Shown: in pieces, positions 39,415-51,048 of the stretch | Position numbering within the stretch: position 1 is the first letter of the stretch | Layout: each line of letters starts with the position of its first letter | NCBI RefSeq assembly: GCF_009914755.1 | Contig: NC_060925.1 | Strand: one strand, 5' to 3' | Source: the human T2T-CHM13v2.0 reference genome, Homo sapiens | DNA length: 64,000 nucleotides | Position numbers and translations under genes: made by a program | The notes under the pieces: generated by a model | The model's database searches: none | What the model was told of the DNA's origin: nothing | The model's input: only the letters and a program-made list of their open reading frames with translations

Positions 39415-39795
39415 CTTGTCCCTCTGTGTCACTTTCTCCCTCTATGTTGGCTTCTCTGTGTGTGTGTTAGCTTCTCCTTCTGTGTCAACTTCTCCCTTGT
39501 GTGTCAGCTTCTGCTATGTCAGCTTCTGTGTGTCAGCTTCTCCCTCTGTGTCAGCTTCTCCCTTCCTTGTATGTCACCTTCTCCCTCTGTGTCAGCTTCT
39601 CCCTCGTGTGTCAGTTTCTCTCTGTGTGTGTGTTAGCTTCTCCCTCTATGTCAGCTTCTCCCTTGTGTGTATGCTTCTCCCTCTGTGCCAGCTTCTCCAT
39701 TATGTGTCAGCTTCTCCCTCTGTTCCAGCTTCTCCCTTGTGTGTTAGCTTCTCTTTCTATGTCAGCTTCTCCCTTGCATGTCAGCTTCTCCCTCT
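38824..39795. repeat. Complex minisatellite, ~20-22-bp unit TGTCAGCTTCTCCCT(CTA/TGTG) interleaved with (TG)n
   Basis: Dozens of degenerate units directly visible. Confidence 0.92.
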
Positions 39796-41828
39796 CCCCA
39801 TTCTTCCCTTGCTCACTTCCCTACAGCTGTATCTCCTGGAGCCTCCCAGCAACATACTTTTTTTGCATCAGAGTCTGTTTCTAGGGAGCTCAGCCTGCAT
39901 CCATGTGGAATGATAAGCACTGCTCCAGTGACTGTATAAATGCCTCTGAGCTCAGAGGAAGGAGCAGTGAACTCTCTTGGGAAGGTCACAGAAATCTTCC
40001 CAGGAGAGGTGGTATTTGAGAAGGCCTTAAATTCCCCTTAAGTTTATGCTCTGCTCCTGTTTACTCCTCACTACAACCCTACCAGGCAGGTTCTATCACA
40101 TTCACATTTGACAGAGGAGGAGACCAAGTCTCAGAGAGCGGAAGTAACCTGAAAAAATCCACACAGCTATGAAGTGGGCCAGGACTTAAACTCTGGTCCC
40201 TTTCTCCAAGTCCAGTGCTCTTTCTCCTTGCCAGTCTCCCTGCCTAGACCTCTTGTTCGTGTGGCATTTTGAAGGTTTGAGGGCATTTTCATGCACTGAC
40301 CTTCACAGCTATGACTCAGGCATGGTTCTCTCCATTTGACAAGTCATTTGGGGCTGCCTACGATTGTGCTGAAGCTAAAGCAAGAGCACAGGACCCGAGG
40401 GCCCGAGGCTTGATGAGGGGCAAGAATGTAGAAAGCATGGCATGGCCTCCCACGCCAGCCCCTAGGGCAGCAGCCAGTAAGTTGCAGGGTCCCTAGACGC
40501 CACCATCTGGGTCCTTTCCTGGACCCATCAATTCAGCTTTTATCAACAGTAATGAAACACTGGTTGGCTTTCCTCCCCATAGAGAAAATAAGATGGATGG
40601 AGCCTGCAAGCTCATTAAGGACAGAGGTCAGGTCTGTTTTGTTCACCTCTTTATCCCTAGTGCCTTCTTATCAGTGCCTGGCACAAACTAATACTACCCA
40701 CGATGATGGCTAACGTATATATCACACTTATGCCTTGCAGGGGTTCTGAGCACTTTACATATATTTACTCACTAAATCTTCACATCCCCTAGCTAGATAA
40801 GTGCCATTATTACCCTCATTTTGCAGATAAGGAAACTAGGCATGGAGAGATGGGCAGTAAATAAATATTTGAGGCATGAATGAATGAGTGAATGAGTGTT
40901 AAGAGTCTTATCATACTTCAAGTTGCAGAAATAAAAACAATAACTGCAACCCCTTGAGTACCAACAGGAGGCTAAGCACAGGATGTGAATTAGGATTCTC
41001 CTTGAATCCTCCCGAATCCTCCCGATGAGGCATATACGATTCATTCCAGTTTACCAGTAAGGGTAATTGAAGCTGGCACAGGTCAGGTCATTTGCCCTGC
41101 AAACTGAGAGGTCCCAGACTTAACCCCAGGTGCGTCTGACTCCATAGCTGGCAATCCTAATCCTTGAAAGCTCTCCTGCTTCCGTGCCTATCCAAAACAC
41201 CACCGAGAAGGCAAAACCCAAAACAGCCCAAGCAGCGAAGCAGGTATCACAACACTCTTAGACTCTTGTTTTAGATGCAGTTCTAACAAGCTGCTCAGCT
41301 TCATTTCTCAGGCCCAGCAGCCGGACAGGAATGGAGTCAGAGCAGCTTCTCTTAATAGGAAGGTAAGCAAGGGGTGATTAAAGCGATAATCAACGAAGCC
41401 TAGAAGCCTGGGTCACTGTGTGCTGGGGCAGCTGACTCCATCCACATCAAACTAGTGCACCTGGAGCACAATTATTGACTGCGAGTTGCCAAGGAAAGGT
41501 AGCATTGTGCAAGAGACTGCAAGGGTGGAGAGCAACTAACTCAGGGGCCTATGTCAAAGAAGAGGGCTGGAGTTGTTCTGCCACTTCCTGACAGATTTAA
41601 ACAATCTGAGCCTCACCTTCCTCCACTAGAGAGGTGGAGACAATGATTCTGGCCCCCCACAGAATGCCAGCAAGATTCCACAAGCTCCTGAAGGTGAAAA
41701 TACTTGGTCAACAGTAGCCAAGGTGAGTTACAGTGTTTGATGTGTTCTGCTTAACAAGACTGGAAAGCAGGCTATACATTTTTGGATATTTTCCAACAAT
41801 ACGGGGAAAATAATAAAAAGCTGTGGTA

Positions 41829-42227
41829 CAGTCATGCACCATATAATGACATTTTGGTCCAATGACAGACCACACATACGATGGTGGTCCCATAAGATTA
41901 TAAGGTAGCTGCGCTATATAGGCATACCATTTTTTTTATCTTTTATACCATATTTTAAATTGTACCTTTTCTATGTTTAGATCTGTTTGGATACACAAAT
42001 ACTTACTATTGTGTTACAATTGCCATTGTGTTACAGTATTTAGAACGGCAACATGCTGTACAGGTTTGTGGCCTAGGAGCAACAGGCTATACCATATAAC
42101 CTAGGTGTGTAGCAGGCTAGACCATCTAGGTTTGGGTAAGCACACTCCACAATGTTTGCACAATGAAAAAATCACCTAGCAATGAAGTTGTCAGCATGTA
42201 TCCCCATGGTTAAGTGACCCATGTCTG
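41829..42227 (+). mobile_element. Tigger3-family (TcMar) non-autonomous element
   Basis: TA|cagtcatg...catgtctg|TA terminal inverted repeats with TA TSD; ggtggtcccataagattataa core. Confidence 0.8.
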
Positions 42228-43820
42228 TACTTCAAGGGTTAAGTTTCATCATCCAGAAACTTCCCTCTTGCAGATCCCCTTAGGAAGCTGATCACAGGAG
42301 CCATGACTAACTGCCAGCCTCTTGGCCTTGCTACTAGAATATCCACCTGGTTCACCTTCTGCTTAAAGGTTATCCATGATCTCAATCCACATGTCTAATG
42401 AGACCAAGGACAGGCAGAGCAGGACACTGGCTATAGACTCTGAAATCTAGAAATCACTAATTCAAAATGGGGCCAAACACTCTGTGGGGACAAGCCGCTA
42501 AGAAACCGGGGCCCCCGCCTTCAGCAAGCCCCTGGGGAGGTCATTTGGACCCCAAGCCAAATATGGTTGGGGAGGATACCAGTTAGCAGCTTGCTGGATC
42601 GCTCAGTGGAAACGCTAGCCTTGGAATCAGCACCACCATCATCATTGCCGAGCACGTATCACAAAGTAAGCATTGTGTGGACAAGGCAGGGGATTCCGAG
42701 ACAGGCAAGTTCCTGCCTTCAAGGAGCTCATAACCTACTGAAGGAGATGTACACTGTAAGTGAAGATGATGCAACAAGAGTTAGTAGCCCTCACTAAGCA
42801 CTTGGCACGTGTGTTACCTCATTTCAGCCGCACAACAATCCTGTGCTTATCATCACCATTCTAGAGATGCGGAAACTGACATCCAGCGAAGGTAAATCAT
42901 TTACCTAACGTCTTCAGCTGGCAAGTGGTGGAGCCAGGATTGATACTCAAGCTTTGACGTCAGAGGCCATGCCTGCAGTCCCCACGACCAGTGCAACGGA
43001 CAGCACAGATAAGGGCCATGGGGGAACACGCAGGTGAGGAGCTTGGGGGTGGGACTCTGGGGTCCAGGGTGGGCTTTGGAAACTGCTGGATGCAGGTTGT
43101 AAAATTGCTCTGCTGCTCCTTCACCAGGGGGAACCCTGAGGCTCCACTGTTTTCTAAAGCAAAGGAGGGCTATGATGCCTCCATTAAGGAGCGTTGTGAA
43201 GATGAAGGGAGCCGACCTAGGGAGGGTGCACAGCACCATCTTGGGCATGTTCCACTGGACCAAAGGCGACCAGAGAGAGCACATGAGCTTTTGTGGGGAG
43301 GCTGTGGTCAGGAAAGGGCTTCACGGAAGAGGTGGCTTTTAAGATGGGCCTTGAAGGATCAGTCATTTTGGCTTAACTTCAAGGAAGAGAGCAGGGTGGG
43401 GCAGGCATGGGCAAAGACACTGGAGATGAAAAAGCTGGGGCCCATCTGGGGAGCAAGCTGGCTGCAGCCCAGGGAGAGAGCTGGAGAGTAGATTGGGACA
43501 TGGCTAGAAAGGAAGGTGAGTCCACATTTCAGCTGGCAGGGCAATGACCTCTGCCCATGTTTACTGAGATCCACTCTGGGTATGTGCCAGACACCAGGCA
43601 TTATCAGGTCTGTCCTTTGAAGACATCCTCTTTATAGAAGGTCGGGCACAAAGGCAGCAGAGGCACAGCAATGGACTGGCGCCTTCCTTTCCTCCTCTCC
43701 TGCCTCCCCCTGGGGCTGGGCATTACACAACACTGGAGAGCAAAAGGCAGGTACTGCTGACGTTAACTGCATGTACTGCTGACATTAAACAGACCGCCAT
43801 TTCACTGTGCACTGGCAAAG

Positions 43821-43836
43821 GCGCGCGTGCGTGCGC

Positions 43837-43872
<36 letters not shown>
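43821..43872. repeat. (CG/CGTG)-(CA)n microsatellite
   Basis: gcgcgcgtgcgtgcgcacacgcacacaca... Confidence 0.95.
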
Positions 43873-43874
<2 letters not shown>

Positions 43875-44515
43875 TGAGAAGCCAATTTGATTCTCCAAAG
43901 GATTGTATAATTCTTAGGTGATTTTAAAATAGCTGATGAAGAATCCACTTTAATCTTTTTTGGGTGGGTGATGAAGGGCTGAAGAGCATCGCTAAGACAC
44001 TTTTGACAGAATCATTAACAAGAAATAAGCCGTCAGCACTCAGTTGCAAAACCAGCAGCTCCTAAAACCACCATCTTTTACACATTCCGAGGGCCACAGA
44101 GGCTTCCTGGATGACCAGAGTGTGTGAGGGGGCAACCCAAAGAAGAGGCCTGGCCCAGACCAGGCCCTCCCCAGCAACTCCCACGGGTCACAGACTTCCC
44201 TTCTGAGACGAGCAGAAACACCACCACTGACATGATCTTCTTTCACGACCCATGGAGGAGCAATTCACCTTGGAGAGAATCAGAAGACATTAGAACTGGA
44301 GGGAGGGAGGAAAGCAAGGAAGTGTAGGCAGGCAAGTTTGCAGGTCTGATGGCAGAAGGCTGAGGAAGTTTCCATATGATGGCTTCTATTTTCTCTCTGA
44401 AGAGGGCAGTAAAGGTATCTTCTAAGAGGGAGGAGGGAGGGAGGTGGGAGAGGGAGAGGTGGGAGGTTTCGCAAGCAAAACAACGTTTTGAAATAGCCAT
44501 TGAGAAGAAAGGAGA

Positions 44516-44800
<285 letters not shown>

Positions 44801-45439
44801 GAAGAAAGGAGGGAGAGAGAACCCAGTGGTCGGTTGGGGATGGAAGTGCAGGGCTGAGAGTCTAACTGAGGTTAGAGACCTCGTGTTTCTGTTACACCAA
44901 GGTGTGTGGCTGGCCAAGACTTCTTCAATACCCGTGTGTAGGTGGACTGGTTTGGCTTCAGGTTTCATCAGATGGAAGGAGAGTAGGACTCGGGCAGGGA
45001 GGATCCTTTTGAGAATGCCGAGGTAATGGGCCAGGATAGGGAAGAAGCAGATTGATATCGAGGGGGAAAGCGGAGACAGCAATGGACAGGAAACCCAAAG
45101 ATGGTGAAAAACAGATACAGCGGAAGTGACTCAAGTGGCTGGAAGTGGAAGAGATTGTGGCTGGGGACATCAAAGGAGGTGCAGATGCTGTTGATAAGGT
45201 TCCCAGTGTGGCCCCGGAGTGGGAGGCTGATGTGAAAAGAGGTCAGGGAACTGGCGCTGAAAGGGCTGTACTGAGGATGGGGGCCCTGCTCCCCGCAACT
45301 CAGATACCCTAGAAGCATCCACTCAGAGTTTAGGGTTCCGAGAATCCATCAGTCCCACAGCCTCATTTTAAAACCAGGGACACTGAGAGGGTCAGGGCCT
45401 GACCCAAGGTGAGAAACGGATTTTGAGACTAGTGGTGCT

Positions 45440-46160
45440 GCTCCCCGCTCCTCCATGCCCCGGCCAGGGCTCTCCCTCTCCCAGACACTCTCCCCCAGAG
45501 AGAAACAGAGGCGGTGACGCTAGGAAGAGGAGGAGAGAAGGAGGCCGCGGGTCCCTGTCGCCTCCAGGCCAGGCAATCCACTCCAGGCTCGCAATCCACC
45601 GACCTGGAGTTCACGGCCTCCGCCCTCCTGGCCCAGCGGCCCCCACCCGACCCCACCCGACCCCACCCGACCCAGGCCGGTTCCGGTCACGCCGGAAGCA
45701 CGTGGCCCCCCACCCTGCGGCGTTGCCCGGGAGACCAGGGTTGTTTACCAGCAGGACAGAGCCCGGGCGCAGGCGGCGGATGGAGCGGAACGGCTAGGTG
45801 AGCGCGGCTGCCCGATCCCGCGGCCTGCCCTTGGCCTCCGCCAGGCCTGGAAGGGGCCGGGGGAGGCCAGTCCCCGAGACCCCAGCACATCACCCGGGAG
45901 GGCCTCCCCAGACCCAGCCCGGGGGACGCAAACCCCGGGAGACAGGCGAGGAGCCTGGAGAAAAGTCTGCTCCCGAGGCAAAGCAAGCCTGGCCAGAGCT
46001 CACCTTTACCAAAATAGGGTGACTCCCGGGCTCTGCAGAAACCGAGGGACCTATGCAACCGCTGGGCCATGCCCTCCAGGCTGGGATGTAGCGACGGGGA
46101 CACAGACCCAGGGAGAGAAAAGGATGTCCCAGTCTCCGGCAGGGCAGAGACGAGAACCAG
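45440..46160. promoter_or_regulatory. UBXN10: CpG-island-like promoter of UBXN10 (possibly bidirectional)
   Basis: Highest CpG density in the window; ETS CCGGAAG at 45692, E-box CACGTG at 45699, X-box at 45722, forkhead TGTTTAC at 45742. Confidence 0.85.
45735..45797 (+). other. UBXN10: UBXN10 non-coding exon 1 (5' end approximate)
   Basis: Strong donor CTAG|gtgagc at 45797/45798 inside the CpG island; the acceptor in front of the ORF is ttccttag| at 50190. Confidence 0.7.
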
Positions 46161-49100
46161 AGGGCCCCTCCCCCAGTCCTGTGCTCTTTCTCTGAAGTCA
46201 ATTCTCGCTTTCTAAACGCTCTTTCTCGCCCCTCCCCCAGATCCCTCCTCTGCCTCTTAAGCCTGTTGCCTTCTAGGGCGCTGGAACTTGGACTTAATTG
46301 AGTTATCCCCACCACCTCCCTGCCCTTCTGACGCTGGAATCATCCCCAGTTCTCTATCCAAACATTTGATCACTTGGTGGCTTGTGGTTCAGTGTGGCAC
46401 TCTGCATAGGACAGTGTATTCTAATCCCTAGTTTGGGGTAGAACTGGGAATGGTACCAGAGTTTTTTCATTCTCAGGCCAACCACCATCTCCTGTTGGTT
46501 CTTCAGAGCATTTTTATCCTGAAAGCCTGGTGGGGGTGTGGGTTGGGGGGGGCGGGATGGCAACGGATAGGATTAACTGATACAGTTTTAAAAGACCAAT
46601 TCAAATGTATGTATCTTGGTATATACCAGCAGATGGTATGTAGGTGGTTATATTTTACTGCATATACTGTAGGCTTAGATTTGGGTTGTGAGTGAAATAG
46701 GGTGGTCTGACCCTGTGGTGGGTGGTGGGCACCCTTAGAAAGCAGGAGCCCTGCTTTAGCTTCTCCTATCCACATTTCCTTCTTTCCAGTTGATTTGGTG
46801 GTGAATCTTAAGGAATGGGCACCTGCCCTTCTGGCAACTTCTTGGAAACAGTTGGCAGTGTTTGCTTCCTGACTCCTAGCAGGCCGCTGGGGTGCAGCTA
46901 TTGTGTTTAAGTAAACAGGCCACTCGCCTATTCAGCTTGGCAGCTTGATAGATGCCTACGCCTAGATCTTGTCAAATCGGTTTGTGGTTGAGTGGCTGCC
47001 AGGCCTAGAGGTGGTGAAGTGAACTGAGCAGGGAGAATCATGGCTGCTGCCTCAATCCTGGACTGAGGGTGGTGGGCAGAGTTCAGGACCTGAGGTGTGA
47101 ATATAAAGGCACAGTTGGCCCAGATCCCCAAACACCTGTTTCCCCCACCGCCCATCCCTGTGTGATGGGTGCTGGGGAGAGCTGGTGTTCCCTCCGTGTA
47201 ACAGATGGTCCCTGTGCTCGGGAGGAGGCAGTGGGTTATGAAAGCAGGTTGGATATAATGGTTTTACCTGAAGGAGGTGTTAGTCTCTAAATAACCATGA
47301 GTGGGCTCCTAGGAATTAGTCATAATTGAGGTTTTTCTCTGAGATAGCTCACAGTCATGTTATCTTATGACCAGGGTGTCTTGAATATGACACCCCCTGA
47401 ACATGGATAATTATATGGAACCAAAAGGTATAGAAAGTGCATGCACATACTCAAGTTTTACTGTTAAAAATAATCCCACAGAGAGCCTGTGAGAACACAT
47501 GACTCTCCTCATCAAAGTTGTTAAGGAAGAGGTTTCTAAGTTACCAAACTCACTGACAGTTAAACCTTCCTGAGGCATGTGTGGGTGTTGGAAGCCAAGC
47601 CTGTGATAATTCTGTAGAAGCTGTGGCAAATTAATAGCCATTCCACAAGTGGGGAGGGTGGGCCGAGAGGGGCGTGGGTTTGCCTGTGGAGCTTATCTTT
47701 GGCAGAACAGTTGGACAGTTATGACCTTCTCCTGCCATCCTGAGTGAAAGTGCAGAGCTGCTAATTGCCAGAGAAAGACTTGAGAAGGAGACTAAAGGGG
47801 GAAAAACACATTCTTCACAGTTGATCAGAAAATAGATGAAATTAACAAGGAGATGGGCAGTCTTTTTTGATGCCAAAAGTTTGCTAAGGAGAAGGCTCCT
47901 GAGCTACTAGCAGCCAGACTGGGTGTGAAAGACGAGGGAGAAGTGGAAAATGGGAGTGGAGAGAGACTCAGGCTGTGAGTGGAATGCAGCAGACATAGAG
48001 GCCTTTAAAAGAGGGTAGCTTTGTCCAAGATTTTGAATTGAGCAGGACATCAGGAAGATATAGGGATAATGTGTTGCGTTTGGTCCTGGTCTGAGTGGAG
48101 AGGAAGCAGATACTCCTTAAAATTAGGCAGCAGTGGTTACATGTGCAGAATGGTGAGGTTAGAATACAAACCCTGAGAGGCTCAGATTACATTGTTCAAG
48201 ATTTTGTGATGAAAGGAGTGAATTTGCAGGAAGTGCAAATCATTCTGCAGGAAGTGAATCTGAGGTAAGTAAAATGTGGAATTAGAAGAGAAGTGATCAA
48301 CTCGGGATTTTATTTTCACATGTTTTGAGGCAACTGCGTAGGTGGTAGCTCATTGCAGTCCACCTCCCTGCATTTCTGTGCAGTGGACAGGGCAGGCATG
48401 AGTTTCAGGACTCACCCAGCTGGTTAACCAGGAGTAGAATCACCGAGGACACACGGGGAAAAGTTCTAGAGCAAAACAAGGAAGGCTTTTGAACTTAGCA
48501 CATAGGAAGCACTAAACAGACAACCCGAAGCAAACAACGACGACAACAAAAAACGCTTAACATTTAATTAAGTTTCTACCATGCACTAAGCCTGGTGCTT
48601 CCCACCTTACCTACATTATTTCATGTTATTATCCTCATGTTACAGACAAAAAGACTGATGTTCTGAGGTACTTAAGTAATACCTCTAAGATCATTTAGCT
48701 AATTTGATAGATGAGGAAAGTTTTGTGCCAGAAAGGTAGAGTGATTGCCCCTTGATCAGGTAGCTAGCCAGTGGCAGAGAAGCTGAAATTGAACCCACAC
48801 TTTGTGACACCTGGTCCTCTGTCCTTTGCTCCCAAATATGCTGTTTCTTGGGGACCATGAATCACTGGAAAGTCACCAGAAGGTCTTTAGAAGGCTAGGA
48901 GAGGCCAGGTCAGCTTTCAAGCAGAGAAGGCAGGAGTCACAGTGGTGGTCAGGATTCAGAGGGAGGCAGGGAGCCCAATAAGATGTCTGCAATGTTTAGG
49001 GAAAGATGGAACTGGAGATTGGGAGGAGGAGGTGCTGGTAGTAGTGTTAGTGAAGTGGCCACCAAGATGGCAATGAAAGAGGAGGTGTCATGGTTTAGCA

Positions 49101-49262
49101 ATTCCGGGTCTGCACAGAGAAATGTTCACGCCTCCCACCATGCTTCAGTTCATTGCTCCTGGTGGATTTAACCAGCACTCACACAGACTTTTGGTGGGAG
49201 ATCCAAATACAGAGGCCCCAGGGTGCCTATCGGGTAGCTGGGAAGACAGAAGTCTGAACAGC

Positions 49263-49408
49263 TCGGGAGGCTGAGGCACAAGAATTGCTTGAACCTGGGA
49301 GGCGGAGATTGCAATGAGCTGAGATGGTGCCACTGCATTGCAGCCTGAGTGATGGAGTGAGACTCTGTCTCAAAAAAGAAAAAGAAAAAAAGAAAAAGAA
49401 AAAAAGAA
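49263..49408 (+). mobile_element. 5'-truncated Alu (right arm)
   Basis: ctcgggaggctgaggca...gactctgtctc plus A-rich tail. Confidence 0.88.
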
Positions 49409-49617
49409 ATGTGAGCAGCTAGCAGACATACAGAATGTGATGTGCTGGGCTCAGGAAGCAGCTTGTATGGGTACAGAGGACACAGGATCGGGTGTCACAA
49501 GACCTGGGTCCTATCTCCAGCTCTGCCACCAGCTGGCTGTGTGACCATTGGGAAATCACTCTACCTTTCTGGCTCATACATCTGTAGAATTAGCATGCGC
49601 CCAGAGTTGCTGTAGGA

Positions 49618-49809
49618 CAGGGACCAACAAATGATGGCCCACAGCCCAAATCCGGCCCGTCACCTATTTTGTGTGGCTCATGAACTAAGAATAGCTTTCA
49701 CATTTTTAAATCATTGAAAAAGAATCAAAAGAGAGTATTTTGTGACACATGAAAATTATCTGAAATTCAAATTTCAGAGTCCAAAAATGAAGTTTTACTG
49801 AAACACAGC
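49618..49809 (+). mobile_element. MER58-like hAT element fragment
   Basis: ggcccacagcccaaatccggccc...ctaagaatagctttcacatttttaaa...gaaattcaaatttcag. Confidence 0.65.
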
Positions 49810-50205
49810 AGGTTTTCTGGTTTTTACCAGAAACTTCCCCCCTCCTAAAAGAATAAGAATTAGTCCCCCACCTTAATCACGCTCTGGTGCAATAATTTTT
49901 ATTTTCTTCATAGCGGTTGTTACTCTTTGAAAATATCTATTTACTTGTGGGTTTTAACCCCTGTCTTTCCTCACTATAATAATTTACATTGCAAGGACTT
50001 CGGTTTGCTGATCTCTCGCAAGTGCCTAAAATAAATGAATGCATGCCTGAATGAATAAATTGCAGCTGGTGCCCCTTACTAGATGCCAGAAATTTGTGCT
50101 TATTCTGGGCACTCAGGGAGGGAATGGCTTGGATCTAGGAGTCCCAGGAAGTTTAACCCACGGACTCCTGTTTTTTTCCTGCTTCCTTAGGGGTCTTGAG
50201 AAGCA

Positions 50206-51048
50206 ATGGCCACAGAAGCCCCTGTGAATATAGCACCACCTGAGTGTAGCACTGTTGTCAGCACAGCAGTTGACAGCCTCATTTGGCAGCCAAACTCACT
50301 AAATATGCACATGATAAGGCCCAAGTCCGCCAAGGGACGGACAAGACCGAGTCTGCAGAAATCCCAGGGCGTGGAGGTGTGCGCTCATCATATACCATCT
50401 CCGCCTCCAGCCATTCCCTATGAGTTGCCAAGCAGCCAAAAACCAGGAGCCTGTGCACCCAAATCTCCAAACCAGGGAGCTTCTGATGAGATCCCTGAGC
50501 TGCAGCAGCAAGTACCCACTGGGGCTTCCTCTTCTCTCAATAAGTATCCAGTCCTTCCTTCCATCAACAGAAAGAACCTGGAGGAGGAGGCTGTGGAAAC
50601 CGTTGCCAAAAAGGCCAGCTCACTGCAACTGAGCAGTATCCGGGCTCTTTACCAAGACGAGACGGGCACCATGAAGACAAGTGAAGAAGATTCCAGAGCT
50701 CGAGCTTGTGCCGTGGAGAGGAAATTCATCGTCCGAACCAAGAAACAGGGCTCTTCCAGGGCTGGAAATCTGGAGGAACCATCGGACCAAGAACCAAGGT
50801 TGCTGCTTGCTGTTAGATCACCAACAGGCCAAAGGTTTGTACGCCATTTCCGGCCAACAGATGATTTGCAAACCATTGTTGCTGTGGCCGAACAGAAAAA
50901 CAAAACCTCCTACCGACACTGCAGCATTGAAACAATGGAGGTGCCCAGGAGGCGATTTTCTGACCTCACCAAATCTCTGCAAGAGTGCAGAATCCCCCAC
51001 AAGTCTGTGCTGGGCATCTCACTGGAAGATGGGGAAGGGTGGCCCTGA
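50206..51048 (+). CDS. UBXN10: UBX domain-containing protein 10 (p97/VCP adaptor), 280 aa, single coding exon
   Basis: ORF begins 15 nt after the acceptor at 50190 with good Kozak (gcaATGG); C-terminal UBX domain PRLLLAVRSPTGQRFVRHFRPTD...VPRRRF...SLQECRI. Confidence 0.96.
   Translation: MATEAPVNIAPPECSTVVSTAVDSLIWQPNSLNMHMIRPKSAKGRTRPSLQKSQGVEVCAHHIPSPPPAIPYELPSSQKPGACAPKSPNQGASDEIPELQQQVPTGASSSLNKYPVLPSINRKNLEEEAVETVAKKASSLQLSSIRALYQDETGTMKTSEEDSRARACAVERKFIVRTKKQGSSRAGNLEEPSDQEPRLLLAVRSPTGQRFVRHFRPTDDLQTIVAVAEQKNKTSYRHCSIETMEVPRRRFSDLTKSLQECRIPHKSVLGISLEDGEGWP

Noticed and set aside
38846-39913. Several long Cys/Val/Ser-rich ORFs (up to 234 aa) and an array superficially like CRISPR
   Set aside because: Translation of a stop-poor minisatellite; no unique spacers or cas genes, and the context is eukaryotic.
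48226-48270. Possible 14-nt microexon (ctgcag|...GAG|gtaagt) with a repeated TGCAGGAAGTG ETS-like motif
   Set aside because: Poor pyrimidine tract; such matches are common by chance.
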